From assembly GCA_002633005.1 (NCBI GenBank), contig NMRA01000379.1, positions 352,868-416,867 of the forward strand: a stretch of 64,000 bases of DNA, given 5' to 3'. Within the stretch, counting starts at the first letter, position 1; each line of letters opens with the position of its first letter. Positions 37,672-51,811 of the stretch are shown in pieces. The stretch is from Phoronis australis (Eukaryota; Animalia; Phoronida). The notes below the pieces were generated by a model, which searched no databases, was not told where the DNA came from, and saw only the letters and a program-made list of their open reading frames with translations. The position numbers and the translations under genes were made by a program.

Positions 37672-40600
37672 TAGTCTAGACGCATTTCTGAAAAATGTGC
37701 ATGTTAGAGGCATTTTTTAGTAAAAGTGGAGAACCTATCTTTTTAGCATAATTATGGCGTGCTGATTTCGATTATGCCTGTTCCCAAGCTGGATTTTGAG
37801 TTTTTGACCATCTAATTTGCATAAACAAAATGGCTGCCAAACCAACAAGATAAGAAACATTCGTAAGACCAGGAGTAAGATATGTGACGAATAATTAGGA
37901 AATTTTTGCTAAAAAAACATAGTATAAGTTTGTTTAGATCACTTAAATTTAAGAGCATATTAATGAACGTCATTATATTCCCCAATTATGCTAATTAGTT
38001 TCCGCCATTACCAAAAAATTCAAATTTCGGTGTAACTTTATCAATTTGCAGGCAAACATGACAAATAAAGTGTCTATACCTATGTTTTGAAGGTCTAGAA
38101 AAATCATTATGACACTTGTAAAACTTTTTAATTCATCTTCACTAACTTACAAATACTCATTAATAAAGTCTGAGAATTAAATTAGAAATCATAATTATCA
38201 ATGCCTTTTGCGAACATTCAATTTTTTAGATAAGACATAAAAGTATTGTAAACATAACATGACTTTTAAATACTGTTGTAAAGATATGCATGGCCATATC
38301 GTCCCATTTTGGACAGGAACATGCCGTCCTCATAGTCGACCAAGCACTCTGCTACAGAGTAGTAGAGCTTACGTGGTCGGTCCCAGAATACCAAAATATG
38401 TTAATACAGTACATCGTTTAGTGGTTCTTCACGTATCAATGAACTGTATCAAGGCCATAGAAGATCACATGAGTGATTTCGGAATAGCCGAGGTGTGTAT
38501 AGAGAGTGCAGTACTTGGTCACGACCTATGGAACTGGTCCTCAGTGGAAAGTCGTACAGCAAAGCTACAGTATGAAGGCACACGAACTGTCTTTGCAAGC
38601 TCAGTGGCATCTCCTGCATGCGCCAAGCTTTCTCTCGTTTATTGCAGAAGCGACTGTCATGCTTGTATTACCAGTATGTCTGCAGATGAAGATCCACAGA
38701 AAATTCTGGAGTTTTTAACATTTCTCAATTAGGATAAGTCCAAGAAACTCCTGGGCATTTTGTCAACAGTAGTTCTGATGATGTGAATTTCAGCTTATGG
38801 TGGAGTTACATGTACATGGTTCCAATATTGTTAAAGTACATGATCTCAACGGGATGGTATTTTGGAACTGCATCTCTATTCATTTACTCTCGTGCTGCCC
38901 CACCGAATTATGCCCGAGTTGGATGTGGTCTTTTTAGCCGAGATGCATCAGCTTCCTCAGTCTGTTTGGTCAGAGTTTCAAGCAGGAAATTTTGTAGTCA
39001 AGCGACCTCCTCATATTCTCTGTCAGGTAGATTCTGACCAGTGGGTAAATAGGGCAGGCAAAAAGGAGGTGGTATCATAGGTAATACCAAAACCTCGTCA
39101 GCTCTATGGAGGTGGACACTCTCATTTAATCTGAAATCTCATATAGCTGAACAAATTTACTGCTGTGGGAGTACATAGTTTCATAACGAAGCCACGAGGC
39201 AACTGTCTAGAGTTCCCTTCTTTACGCATTCCATATGGATTGAAGGTCTTCTCGTCTGCAAGACCTTAGCTGCCACAAAACCTTGCAACAAAAGACCTAG
39301 TAACAGCACTAATCCAAGAGTCACTTTTACATGCCAAGGAACTTGGACACGAACAAATTAAGAAATTTGTTCAAGACCGATTATCACTGAGCAATGCGAT
39401 AATTCAGACATGTCAATTCACGCGCCTATGCGCAAAAATAATGCCCCAACATCTGTCAACTTATATGATGTGGTGAAACAAACCAAAGACAAAGACAAAG
39501 ACAAGAAAATAGTTCTTAAGGCAGAGAGAGATATACTTCGCTGCCTGGCTACGGCTTATGAGGCGGGTCGGTCAGTTGATTTGCCGTCTGTGCTCAAACG
39601 CGAGCTTCTTCCAGTCCATGTTTTCTTACAGAAACGAGTGGCACATTGCGCGCTGGAGATAAATCTTGACTTGCCGAAGTATTAATAGTTAACACATCGA
39701 CTGTCCTAAAAGAATTCAACTTCATGGCTCGCCCGCTTGCCTCGATTTTGATGGCGAAGCATTGCTGGTAGCTCTTGGGAAGCTTGATGGTGATGTGACC
39801 TTAGAGAACCTGGCTGATTCATTCATGAAACAGTGCTAAACACAGGATTTCGATATCATAAAATTGACATTGTATTTGACAGATACAGACAAGAAACTAT
39901 GAAGTACTCCTTAGTAAAGGAATACAGAAAATCAGGTGATTTTTGGAAGGCCGTGGTGTACCTCTTCCTCAAACCTGGTCAAATTTTCGGGCACTGGCTG
40001 AGAATAAAGCAGACCCAGCACATTTCTTGTCAGAGGAACTGTGTTTGTAGACGCCTGAAGATAAAGAGGTTATGGTTGCAGGAGGTTCTAAGATGAGCTG
40101 GAAGTCAATTAAATCATCTAAGGATATGACTGATTTGAGGACTCTGAAATCTGCACATGAAGAAGCAGATGCAAGACTGGTACTGCATGCTGTCAACAGT
40201 CAGTCGTATTTTCCAGGAACACCCGATGTTCTACTGCATCTGGTATCGCACTTCCAACAAATGCAAAGTGAGCATATCTGAATGATGTCAGGCACATTAA
40301 AGAAATGACGATATATACGTATTGAAGCACTTTTCAACGAACTACTAAGAGACTCAGCAACATCCTTGTTTGCTTTTCATGCTGTGACCGGGTTTGGAAC
40401 CAACTCGTAGTTTTTTGCCAATCACATGAAACAATCATCATGGAAGGTGTTCCTAGAGCATCACAGATTGCTTAAGAACCCCTGCATTGGTTAACTCACT
40501 GAGTAAATTACGATGGCTTCAGAAGTATTTGTCTGCAGAATATACGACACGACCAGAACAGTCCTGTAGATGTAGCACGCCATTTACTATTCTCCAAGTC

Positions 40601-41673
40601 CGTGAACCCAGAAGTCCTTCCCCCAACGCTTAATGCCCGCCGTTTCCATCTGATGAGAGTGCACTACCAGGTCAAGGTATGGCAAAATGATCACTGTTCC
40701 ATACCTGAGCTCCCAGCACCCTCTGATATGGGAGGGACACACAAACTTATGCTTGCAGCTCATACTGATGACACATAGTTCTATCCCAGACAGCTGCCTA
40801 GAGATGGTATTCTGTGCATGCCAGAAATAAAGCAATAGCAGACAATGCAAATGCAAGAAATATGGATTTCAATGCATATAATTATGTTCATGCCAGCAGC
40901 ACAATGGTGATCAGATTCCTTGTATGCAAACAGTTTGATTTGCCTGGCTTTAGGCATGTTAAAAAGTACTAAAACTAAAAAGTGAATGCTAAAACTGTGT
41001 TCATCAGGCCTGAAAACAATTCATGCAACTGAGAATTTAATGTCTTCAATAACAATAACTATGATTTTTTATGAATGAAAGATAACGGGATAGTGTGAAC
41101 ATTTGTCCTATTTTCCATCAAAATAGTGACTCCTTGCTTGAAGAGCATTGCAGATTCACTATTTTTTCCACATTATGTATGTATACATCCATAACCCAAT
41201 AAATATGAAATAAATTGCTCCAAAAATGTCTTTAGCATGTTTGTTGACCATGAAAATATAAGTATAAACACCTCATTTTTCAAGTTAGCCTGCAGGAACA
41301 CAAACTTCAGACGCAAATTACATCGTATGGTAATGGCGGCACCTAATTTGCATAATTAGTTTTCAAATTTGCATTTTTTAGTATTCATAAGTCATTTATT
41401 GCTCAAGAAGTATTTATAAGAAGTGTACAGATGAGACATTTCACCATTTTAAATGGTATATGGTGATTTCTATTACAAAAATACATCTGAACTTGACAAT
41501 TTGGCCGCCATTTTGTTTATGCAAATTAGATGGTCAAAAATGCAAAATTCGGCTTGGGAACAGGGTTAGTTGAATTCGCCATACCTTGATTGTGTGAAAA
41601 AGTCTTGTTCCCAACTTTTACTAAAAAATGCGTCTAGAACCTTATACAGGGCTCTTTTCAGGAAATGCGTCTA
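37672..41673 (+). mobile_element. AcademX-type DNA transposon, decayed transposase/XPG/Cys-rich ORF
   Basis: TAG...CTA termini with long TIRs (tagacgcatttc.tgaaaa; catctaatttgcataaacaaaatggc) and a 3-bp TSD TAG. Remnants: NYAR, EFQAGNFVVKR, IDIVFDRY, HEEADARLVLHA, FHAVTG, and a C-terminal Cys cluster at ~40810-40900. Confidence 0.85.
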
Positions 41674-42103
41674 TAGAGAGCTTGCAGGTATCATTTAATT
41701 TTCCTTGGGAAATTTTTTTACACCGGCGTTTGATTGGCTGGTCGAATTCTCAACAGGTAGCGCTTTACGCAAACATACTGGCATGACTGATGAAGCAAGT
41801 GTAAATGTGGTCTGTTGTACAGACAAATCGGTGCTTAATTCAAGTTCAAGAAATGTGAAACCCAGAAAATTGTGGTTGAACCTGTGTATCTTTCTACTGT
41901 CGATGCCTTTTGTTTACGTTGCTGTCCTGTATTCATACAGTATGAATAACACACCCGGGTGTGTCTTTATTGTATATGCATGTGCTTCAAGCACGCGATT
42001 ATTAAACATTACTGCAGAGACGAAATATTTGATGTTACTTCACTTGCATGACAAGTCTAAAAATCGTCCGCCATTTTCTCTCTTTGTTGTAAAGCTAACC
42101 AAT

Positions 42104-45100
42104 GGGGCTATTCGGAAAATCTACAATAACTAGAGGGCGTGCGTGTACTAGTGGTGATAGATTAACAGCCTCGATTTTGCTAGCCCTTTAAATACATGGT
42201 GAAATGGCTTGCAGCCGTGCCAACTAAATATGAGATTGCGTAAAAAGGGTGCTTCTATGAGAGGAAGTAAGCACGACCTCATACAAAGGTAAGGTTTGTG
42301 ATTATTTTAACGATTATTCCATGATTATTCTACCGATGCCTGTTAACTGAGGCACTCGCCGATGTCGACCTCGCGGCAGTCAGTCGCCAGCCAGAGTCTG
42401 GTTAATCTTTGTATGTTGTGATATGTGACACGATACTTGACGTAGCAATCGGGATCTTTTCGTACATCAAAGCATTTTTATTGTTTAGAATGATTTCTAA
42501 AAGTTTATCAGTGACAGTTACATCAATCAATGCTGAATGTTTATGCTGTCAACTCGATACAGGTTAATGAGTCAGTAAGATTACAATCCAATTCCAATGG
42601 CAAAGGGTACGTGAGTGATAAATATCCATTGCATTAGACTAGTATTTGTCTATTGCACGTTGAAATGGAAATGTATCACGTCAGTTTTCACGTAACCTTT
42701 GGTTTTTAGGTTTGAAGGCTTGTACCGTGCAGAGGGGATATGCATCGCTTCTGCACCGTCCCTGAATGGACAAAAATTGGTTTTTAGCATTTGACTGCAG
42801 CTAACCAACAAGATCTTCCCATCCAGTGCAGATCTGTTGTCAAAGCCTACTTTCAATATTGGAGACAACGAACAAAGCCTTTGGAAAGGAACAGCTATTT
42901 TTAAAGTCATTTTGTTAAATTACTTATTCAGGTCCCGAGGGGGGATTGGCATGGGGGGTTGTAATATTTGGTACAACTGAATGTGTGGAAATAACAGGTA
43001 ATACATGTTTGGGGAAAAGAGCATGGTGAGGTAATTCTTGAAGTCCCTTCAAGTTGATTTCATGAAACTGTTTTGCTACTTGTATCAATTGTAAAACCAC
43101 GAAAATATATTACATTTTCCGAATTCACAGTGACTGAATAGTCTTAACTCATGCCTTGAAATGTTGCAAGTCGTTATAAATTCAAATGACTGCCATTTTT
43201 GTGAAAATTGCATTTTTGATGGTGCCTTACGATTTGTAATTACTCTTAAACAACAGAAAGATTATCCATCATTTTTAACTTAATGACCCAAGTCTTCATA
43301 TATCTTCTATTAGAAGAAAAACGGTTCCCTCAACCTTAGGCTAGAAGTATGCTTGACAGACCCATGAACCTGTAATCTGAGTTTAAAATTGCTGAAAGTA
43401 TCAAAATTAAAAAGGCTTGAAAATGGGTAACAAAGGTTTGAAGTTGTCTCAAAAAACTTGTATATTTTACAGACAAGTGATGCGTTTAAAGAATTGTTAT
43501 GGCTAGGGATAAAAAATAAAGACACAGTTTTATGCAATACTCATTATATACACCCTTGGTTTCTGAAAATAGTAATTATTTACTTTTATGTGAAACTGTA
43601 GACCAATCACCATATATTTTTGAAAAACAGGGATAACATTTTTGATCCAATCTGGAGTACTTAATTATTCATATTTCAATATTTGTTCCAGGTTCAGTGA
43701 CATTTTAAGGCCACTTCAAGCTGTATCATAGACAAGCTTTGTTACTCCGTTCTCTTCCCACAGCACTTCCACACACCAGCAGTGCTGCATGGCACAATGT
43801 GCAAGTCAGTGGCCCTGGAGAAATGTGAATCGCAGTACTAAGTTACCATAAGACAATGTGCCAGTGGAGTGTCTGTGTATCCAGACGAACTATATCTGAC
43901 TGCTACACAAATAAGCCTTGTTGGTGAGGATGCCCTTTCATAGGCAATGAGTCATGTGTGGACAATAGCTTATTTCCTTTCCTGGAAGAAACATGAGGGA
44001 CTGAAGCTAAAGAAGACCTAGTCACACTCTGGTCTAGTTCAGAGTCTGATTTTGGGCTCAAAACGATTCAAGTGATATGCTGCTGTGTTTACCTTCAAGG
44101 GTCTAATTGTGGATGTTATTGAGGCTGAATGAGGTTACATGAAAGAAAGCCACGTGTTGAAACTGGACCTTTTTTACAAGCGCTTCTATAGGCCATTGAA
44201 ACTAGAACCCAGTGAAATGAAAGCCAAAAGCTGAGTGACATTAAATTTTCCTTTCAGAAGAAAGGCTTTATACTATTGGTAAAAACTTTTCAATTTGGTA
44301 CAGATTATGGGGAAATGACATTCAGTGACTGCATCGATTGTCTTATTGTATGTTTTCAATTGTAGCTAGCTGGATAAGAATCTGCTATGCACAAGATTCG
44401 AGAATAAACAATTATCAGTGTATTTAAAAACAAATGGCAAACTGAAAAAGCACAGAAAGAAACAACATTGCGAGGGAGTCCATAATCAGGCATATCAGGT
44501 GCTGAATTTCTGAATTACGTTCAATTCTCTCAGGTTATTGCTGAAGGATTGCTTTTCACTTTGTCCAACGGTGAAATAGATGGTCAGGCGGTTGGTTTCA
44601 GTTGTTTTTTCTTGCCTGTAACAGAATAGAAATATTAGCAAATTGTAAAAGAAAAGACAAGACAAAACTACTTTTGTAAGGCAGAACATACTTGACATTT
44701 CATCTTCATGTTTATGTGTAGAAACTAATAACCTTTGTACCCAAGTCTTATTTAATATCTGAATTAAAATATGTGAAACAGGCTAAAAGTGATTTAACAA
44801 TGTGTATTTTTCATGACACTTAAAATGTGCTTCTGATCTCAACAAGTAAAATTCATTCTAGGTGTCAATTTTTTTCCAATGCAATGTTACGACATTTACT
44901 GAATTAAGGCTTATTCATGTTAATTCGATAACTGAGCTGGTGGTCCTGGGGGTGGGGTCCACGATAAAATAAGGAAACTCACTCATCTAGAGAATTTTAT
45001 TGGAAACAGCATAGTTTTGAAGAGAAACTGCTGTGAAAAAGTCACTCTTGACTTCTGTGCATCACGTACCATACACCTCTTATTTTGGGAGCACTCCCAC

Positions 45101-45588
45101 CCAGGACAATATGAATATGTGCTGCTAGCCTACCCGGCATCGGGTGAGTTTCCAAAAAGAAACACTTAGTTCCACTCAATAAAACTGTTATTCAGTGGGG
45201 TAACTGGTGGGGATAGCATCACCGAACGATGTTGATAGAAACTGATTGCTAAAAACTTACCAAGTAATGTTGTGTAGTCTCCGAATGGAACTGCATAGTC
45301 ATAGAGCACACACAGTGCTTCAGCATCCACATACATTTTGTCAGTTAGTTGACCCTGTTGACCGCAATTGTCCACGAATATATTAACCTTATGTCTTTTG
45401 GGAATTTGTGGCCACCTGTCAAAGACTTGCACCAGGGAAATTAGCAGTAATAAGGCTTAGCGCGACGACGTATTTTGATAAAAATTCCATCTTTTACCAG
45501 TTGTTTACATGCAGACAGCCACGCATGCGCAATTCGATCACCACTAGTACAGCAGCGACACCGCGAGGACAATTCACCGAATAGCCCC
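42104..45588 (+). mobile_element. ISL2EU-type DNA transposon with YqaJ-like exonuclease remnant
   Basis: AT|GGGGCTATTCGG...CCGAATAGCCCC|AT. Remnant at ~43740-44100: HFHTPAVLHG..SVALEKCE..SGVSVYPDELYLTATQISLVGED..FPFLEE..LKLKK, resembling YqaJ 'P.L.ASPDGLV'. Confidence 0.8.
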
Positions 45589-45905
45589 ATTACCGCCGAG
45601 GTTACATCAACCGGTGATAAAACGCGCGCTACCGGCTGAATGACACCTGCGTGTGATCTCTACACGCAGGGAACCAGGGAGTGAAATACTTCGATTACTG
45701 AATGTGCGGAATTCAATTATTGGGAGTTTGCTTCTTTGAAACTGGTTACGTGCCCGACATGTAGGTATGGAAAATATATGTCAGTCGAAAACGACGCGTG
45801 GGGAGCGCTCGTAAGTTACTTCGACTTGAGACTGCGGCGAGAAATAAAAGGGTTTTTTTGTTGAATAAATGTATTGCGTGGAATTAAAGGCTGTAATACA
45901 CTTAA

Positions 45906-47482
45906 AGGAGAATACCGCCCGATTTAATTAATCTTTTTACAGTCTTAATCGGTCTATATCTACACCGCCTCTTATGCGGTCGATATCACCTTGCCGGGAG
46001 GTGTCGCGTTAACCTGTGAGGAAGGTGAGAAACGACGCAGCGACGTCAGTGGTTCGTCTGCACAGTGAATGCTGCTATGTTGCGGTGCATCGTTCCCGCT
46101 TGTCCGAACTATGAAGCTGCGAAGAAAGCGGGTATAGAGTTTTTTCGACTTCCTCGAGAGCCTGAAATGCTTAGTAAGTGGTTCGCCGTAGTGAAGAATG
46201 AAAGGTATGATGTTAATAGCAAGTATGAGGCCGTGAAACATCTCCGTGTCTGTGGCCGGCTTTTCGTCGACAATGATTTCTCTGACGAATTCCGGCTTAC
46301 CGAAGAACTATCCATATGTTCCATTCCCACGGCGCCTCTCTAGTATTTCTTGATCAGTGTATTCCGGTTCGAACTGATAGCCTGTGAAACCTAATGATCC
46401 GACCCGTGAAGTCTTCGACGGATGAGCTCTTGACTAAGTCGGGATTGGCGCCGGGCGAGTTGCCATGTAGACGTTTATTATTTTGCGTTCTGTTTCAAAA
46501 TGAATTATTCTCATCCTAACCAATGCCTATGTAAAACTGAGCAAAGTCTGTCTCATTGCAGTATTCGTGAGTGCAAATGTTGAGAAGCCAGCAATGGCCA
46601 ATGCGTTACCGGCTTTTGATGCAGGCAATAAAGGTAATTGACCGGGCACCGAGGCCGTGTGAGCGCATGCTAATTCGGAGTTTGCTGACAGAAAGCTGTT
46701 GTGAAACAATAACTCGATTTTAGATGCTGTGGTCGCATCTTAGGGGAATCTATTACAAATACATTATTCAAATCATTGTCACTGTACAACCTTTGCCCTG
46801 ACGGTCTGTGGAAAGGGAATACGACTTCGCGGCCCCTGAAAAATAAGTAGATTTTCATTTTCGTGGCTAGTTCACATAAATAATTACGTGCACATTATTT
46901 CTTTGGCTCACTATTATAGTCTTTTCGCCGACTTGAGGTTTAGTTTCAAGCGGCAGCCACGACGGGCCTGATCGGGTTCCGAACCACTGGCCGGGATAAG
47001 CGTTCTGTGTGTTTAGAACTCAAAATATCACAAGTCTAAACAACACAGATCTAGGTTCTCTTGTCGGTATTTCACGGAGGAATTGTACTTCGAATTTACC
47101 TCTGAACAGACTCCCAGCTCCTGCTACGGACATTGGTAAATTGGCCTGCCGAACGTTGTAGGCTACGATGTGTCCTAATACCAATAAATCCGTAACAGCG
47201 AAATAAAACAACACGTTTTTATAAGACCTCGGTGTGTTTTTAAGGGTTTTACACCGAATTTTGATGTTTTTTTTTGGTAATTCAAGCGATAAGCTGACAC
47301 CAGTAACCCGTGTTGTGAACTGCTGAACAGACTGCGCGTGAAACCAATGACGTCATTGGATAATTTCAACACCTCCGTCTGCCGTCAGATGTGAGATAAC
47401 GCAACCGAACGTGCCGTTATCGAGTAGAACTACTCGATCTAAATTGATACAAAATAGATTGTTTTTTGGGTGGCATTCTCGT
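45906..47482 (+). mobile_element. Kolobok-type DNA transposon, internally deleted, THAP remnant
   Basis: TTAA|AGGAGAATACCGCCC...GGGTGGCATTCTCGT|TTAA. THAP-like peptide at 46077-46343 reads MLRCIVPACPN...FFRLPREPEMLSKW...LRVCGRLFVDNDF, with the His ligand lost. Confidence 0.85.
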
Positions 47483-49719
47483 TTAAGATCTGTTACTATA
47501 AGTGTCAATTTCAATACCCTTGCACATTCTTAAATGTGGTGCAGAATTAGACGCTAATAAGATGATCAGAGATTCCCGGCGACCAACGCTCCGGTGGATT
47601 CTGAATTGCGGGGGAGACGGTCGAAAATACGAATACAAAAAAGACAAATACGTGTAAAACTTGGCGCCTATTCATACGGAAGCCGGCCGAGCCTGAATGT
47701 TCGTATTATTTTTTGGTCGTCAGATACGAGTGACAAATTCCCCGTCACATATTTTTGAGCGCGAAGTTTCGCCTGTGTCGCGAGCTGTGATGTCTTACGT
47801 TTGTGCGATGAATCGTCAGTTTCAAAAAATAACAAAATAGTTAAAGATCAGCTAACGTAAATGCATATTGCCGCAATAAGTTATGGCCTCTGTTGTTTTT
47901 TATGACTTTGGGTGCCGTGGATATTGGTGGATAAGAACAACCATCTGTTTTGATGTCTCTGTATTTGGAACAGCGCAGTTTACAGACATGTAGTGACTAA
48001 ACAATAAAGATTTTCCAAGACAGTTCTCTTTGAAAAAAATGTTCAGGCACCTAAGCCCTTTAGAAAATAAAGAATAACTTAACCTTAAATTGAGCAATTG
48101 AGAATCTTTTGTGTTGCGTTGTTTGTCTAATCACAGAAATCTTTCGAAAACTGGTCGATCACGCATTGCGTTGTTCCACCTTCACGACAGAGTTGAGTTG
48201 AGTGCTGGGATGCTCCTATCGTCTACGCCATCAATTGTATCTACTGTAAGGTGGTGGCCCATCTTGTGTTTTATCGCTAGATGTCTCCATTTCTTGTGGT
48301 TCGTAGCCGCTCTCACTTGGAACGCGCTCAGTCATCACGTAAGCGCTGGCTCTGAATATGTCGTAATCTGCCCCACAACTATAAATCTCTGAGCTCTGAG
48401 GATCAACGTTTGTCTAAATTAAAAAGAGATAGCCTTGTTAATAATATGAATTGGAAAGTCAAATTATACTAAAAATTCTAACATGGAAAATCTTTAAACT
48501 CAGTATTACTTCTTGACTTGACTGCGGATGAACAAAACTGATGGGTGCGCGTGGCTACCAGCTCGATATCTGGGCACTGATTTCTCATCCCCAGCCCACG
48601 ATTCATCAGTTATAAAAGCGCAGAAATTCCAACAATTCGTTTTGAAAACAACCTCGTGTGCTATCCCAATAAAAGCCAATGTATAATAAGAATAAGCATT
48701 TGACTTGGTGTTGTGGCAATCAGTGAGTAAGGGTTTACGGAAACACATCGAGATTCCTATCATTTTTGTTTACAGTTTCCGTTGTCAAGGTTGATGAAGA
48801 AATCACCGAGATTCATGTCCACATGAAAGTCATGCACCATTTTTGGCTCCCTCGGACTTGCGCGTTATAGGCACCGTTTTCGCGCCACCATGGGCGAGTT
48901 TGGTTATACGACCAAGACACGAGCCCACTGTTTCGAGCTGGTTATGTAAAGGGCATGCCCACTGGCGTGGTATGGGACTAGGTAGAACTGAACAGTTAGG
49001 CTGTGGCCACGGGGCATTTTCTATTCCCGTAGATTTTCTGTAAAGGGCGTGTCAGGTTTGGAGGCTGTTTTAAGGAATGCGTTGAAAATTATATCAGGGA
49101 AACTGATGCTCTTGCTCATTTGAACGAGAAAAACGTTTTTAAGCCATGACCTACTTAATACTAGCATTCTGAATCTGTAATCAAATTTTGACTAGCAATT
49201 GTAGGTAAGTGGTGATTTGGGGGAGAAAACTGTCGAATTTGGTGTTTTTGGGTAACATTTTTTCCGATGTGAATTAACGGATTAATTATATACAACGTAA
49301 TTAAGATTCAGTTATCACGAGTAGTGCTTGTGAGTTGGGAATGCTACAAAACCCTTTGTTTTTTAGACTCTAGATAAGGACTGTCTTGAGGAAAGGCCTC
49401 ATCTCTACTTCGGTGTGCGTCGGCAGCTAAAACCTTGTAATAACTCTAGTGTGCCCCCCCCCTCCTCTCCCCAAAGCAGTGAAACAAAGCCGATTTTTGC
49501 GTTTCGTGGTGACACGAAAATAAAATACAGATATGACTTAACGTGGCAAATGAATGGCGAAAACAGCGTCTGTTAATAATTTTACCATAAATCTGTGAAC
49601 ATTTCGGCGTCGGTAGTTCGGACTCAAAAGCTTTGATCGCGTTTCTTTTTCTTGCGCTTTTAACAATATTACTTTTAATGCCACAGAAAATACTTCTCAA
49701 TAACTAGTACGTTTATCCT

Positions 49720-50940
49720 ATGGTTTAAGTATATGTTCGGGCACCGCATTGTTCAAGCGGAACTCTGTGGTTTAAATGATTATAAAGAAATTAAGGAGGG
49801 ATGCCCGCCAGAAGGAGATATTCTATCCCCCTTTCTTTGGAATTGTTCCATGAACTCTGTTCTCTTTAAGTAAAAGAGAGACTATTTACTATCAGGCTTG
49901 TGCTGATGATTCAGCCCTGTTAATCACCAATTGTAATGAGTGGATGTGCTGGGCTCAACGTGACGTCCGCATTGCTGAATGGGCCAATCAAAATGGAACA
50001 CCATTCAATAATGAGGCTGTATTGCTTAGCCAGAAAAGGAACGTGGCTCTTTATCGGTAAATGGGAAGAAACTAACTTTTTCTAGGAAGGCTAGACTGTT
50101 GGGAGTTGTCCTACACAGCAAGCTCACTTGGAAATATCATTTAAGTCATACACTAACTAATAAGGCTACTATTGCATTTATGCAATTTAAGCAATTTAAG
50201 AGCAAAACAAGGGATGTAAAACCTTAAACTAAGAAATGCTATGATAAGACTGATCTTATCTTATGCATGTGTGTCTTGGGTCAGTGAAAGTGAAAACTGT
50301 ACATTAAGAAATTTCTCCACAAAATACAGCTTTTAGCTTGTCTTATGAAAACAGAGGCACGACATGTAACTAGAACTGAAAGTAATGGAGGTGATGATGC
50401 AAATGGAGCCGATTGATGAGTTTATAATGGCCGAGGCAGTACGAGGGTTCTTCCGTATCAACCAAGCTGGATTCTGGATTTACAAGCCAGTGAGGATATC
50501 GTGGAAAACAAGGAGTCGTGCTGAAATGTGCAACAGGCCCCAGAAATGAACTTCCATATGCATGCCAACTGCCATTTGAAAGAAACTTTGAATGTCTAAT
50601 TTTAATTCGAAATCGTGCTGTCTAACATGAAAGAAACATTGATACGAGCTTAAAATGATGCTTCAAAAAATAAATGAAGTGGTTGGTGTGGGTTTTCGCA
50701 TTGAATACCAGACTGATGTACCTCCAACTGAAAAATCTCTTTATCCCGGAAAACATAGTTCTCTTTTCAAGTAGTGGCCTTTGCAATTTTTAAAGTTGCC
50801 GAAGAACTGCTCGAAAAAGAAATCCAACATAAGTCTGTAGCTACCCTGTCTGACAGACAAGCAGCCATTAAAGCCTAAAAATAATATTGTGACGTCACAC
50901 ACTGGTCAATAATGCATCGCTAACCTTAATAAGTAAAGTA
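49720..50940 (+). mobile_element. Degenerate LINE with RT and RNase H (LOA/R1/I-group-like)
   Basis: GCPPEGDILSPFLWN (like GCPQGGVLSPLLWN), YQACADD (like YADD), and RNase H-like TLSDRQAAIKA (like SDSQAAIKAL). Confidence 0.75.
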
Positions 50941-51029
50941 AATACAAGCCTAAAATGCTGGAAGGAAAATGGAACACTAGATCACCATGTAGGTCGGTGA
51001 CTAACATAGTAAAGCATTTGAGAAGAAAG

Positions 51030-51191
51030 CAGTAGCGGATTTGGGGGGGGGGGGGGNNNNNNNNNNNNNGCCACGCCCCCTAAAATTCTCCCAGATTCCA
51101 TTTGGAAGTTGAGGGGGCGAATATCTGACGGGCAAAATCTTGGCTAATACTCTGCCCTGCCCCCCAAATCAAAATCCTGGATCCTCCCCTG
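51030..51191. mobile_element. Copy of the 7207-7363 MITE
   Basis: CAGTAGCGGATTT...GGATCCTCCCCTG with the shared internal ccccctaaaattctcccag. Contains a short N gap. Confidence 0.8.
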
Positions 51192-51751
51192 GTTTGGAAG
51201 TAAAGCAGTTTCCATGAAAATTGCCATAGCTAAGAAAAACACTTGCAAAACTACTCAAGTAGGCTGGTAGGCTTGTTGAATATGAGCACTAAAATAACTG
51301 GATAGTATCTGTTGCAGTAGGCCTATGTCGGCCTTTAGGTTTTGCGAACTTTATTTCGCAAAATTCCGTTAACTATATTATAATTGCTGACCCAGGGACG
51401 GGCTGACAGAAAACGTGGCTGCTGAACGGATTACTAAACACGTTCTTAATAAATTGAACGCTTTAATAAAACAAATGCGTGACGAATCCTGAATATTTCG
51501 ATATAGCATAATCGCAACCTTTTTCACACGTCAGATAACGTTCATTTGAGGCTAAGGAAACATTCGATGTATTCCAGGGGGCCTGATACTTCTAGTACTA
51601 AGCACTTGAAACAGAATTTGTGACAACTGTCTTCCTGGTCAGGCTACCTATCACTCTCTAGAACTGGCCAATGATATATAGTCAGTGATAACAAAGCAAC
51701 CAGCTTTCATCTCACCTATTATATTTTACCTAGAAATAGCTTTATACGTAC

Positions 51752-51811
51752 CTGGCAGCTTTTAACATGGAAGGGGAAGTTTTCGTTGGCGGATGATGGT
51801 CTTGTCAAAAA
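51752..51811 (-). CDS. TMEM145: TMEM145-like exon (cytoplasmic tail)
   Basis: CAG acceptor and GTACGT donor, 60 bp. Encodes FLTRPSSANENFPFHVKSCQ, close to TMEM145 'TRPSAANKNFPYHVRTSQ'. Confidence 0.9.

Larger units (their letters stand above)
37639..45681. mobile_element. Second copy of the 33322 MITE family, expanded to 8 kb by two nested insertions
   Basis: CTCACTGGTTCCCTGCGTGT...ACACGCAGGGAACCAGGGAG with a perfect 9-bp TSD TGAAATACT (37630-37638 and 45682-45690). Segments 37639-37671, 41677-42103 and 45589-45681 align with the reverse complement of 33322-33831. Confidence 0.9.

Noticed and set aside
46065-46343. Host THAP-domain gene
   Set aside because: Lies within TTAA-flanked Kolobok TIRs, is truncated, and lacks the His ligand.
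47900-47944. Candidate terminal TMEM145 exon (MVVLIHQYPRHPKS*)
   Set aside because: It has an in-phase CAG acceptor but no recognisable family similarity, so it cannot be told from chance.
48780-49040. GC-richer exon-like stretch after a minus-strand CAG
   Set aside because: The frame compatible with TMEM145 stops after 13 codons, and no other frame gives a recognisable protein.
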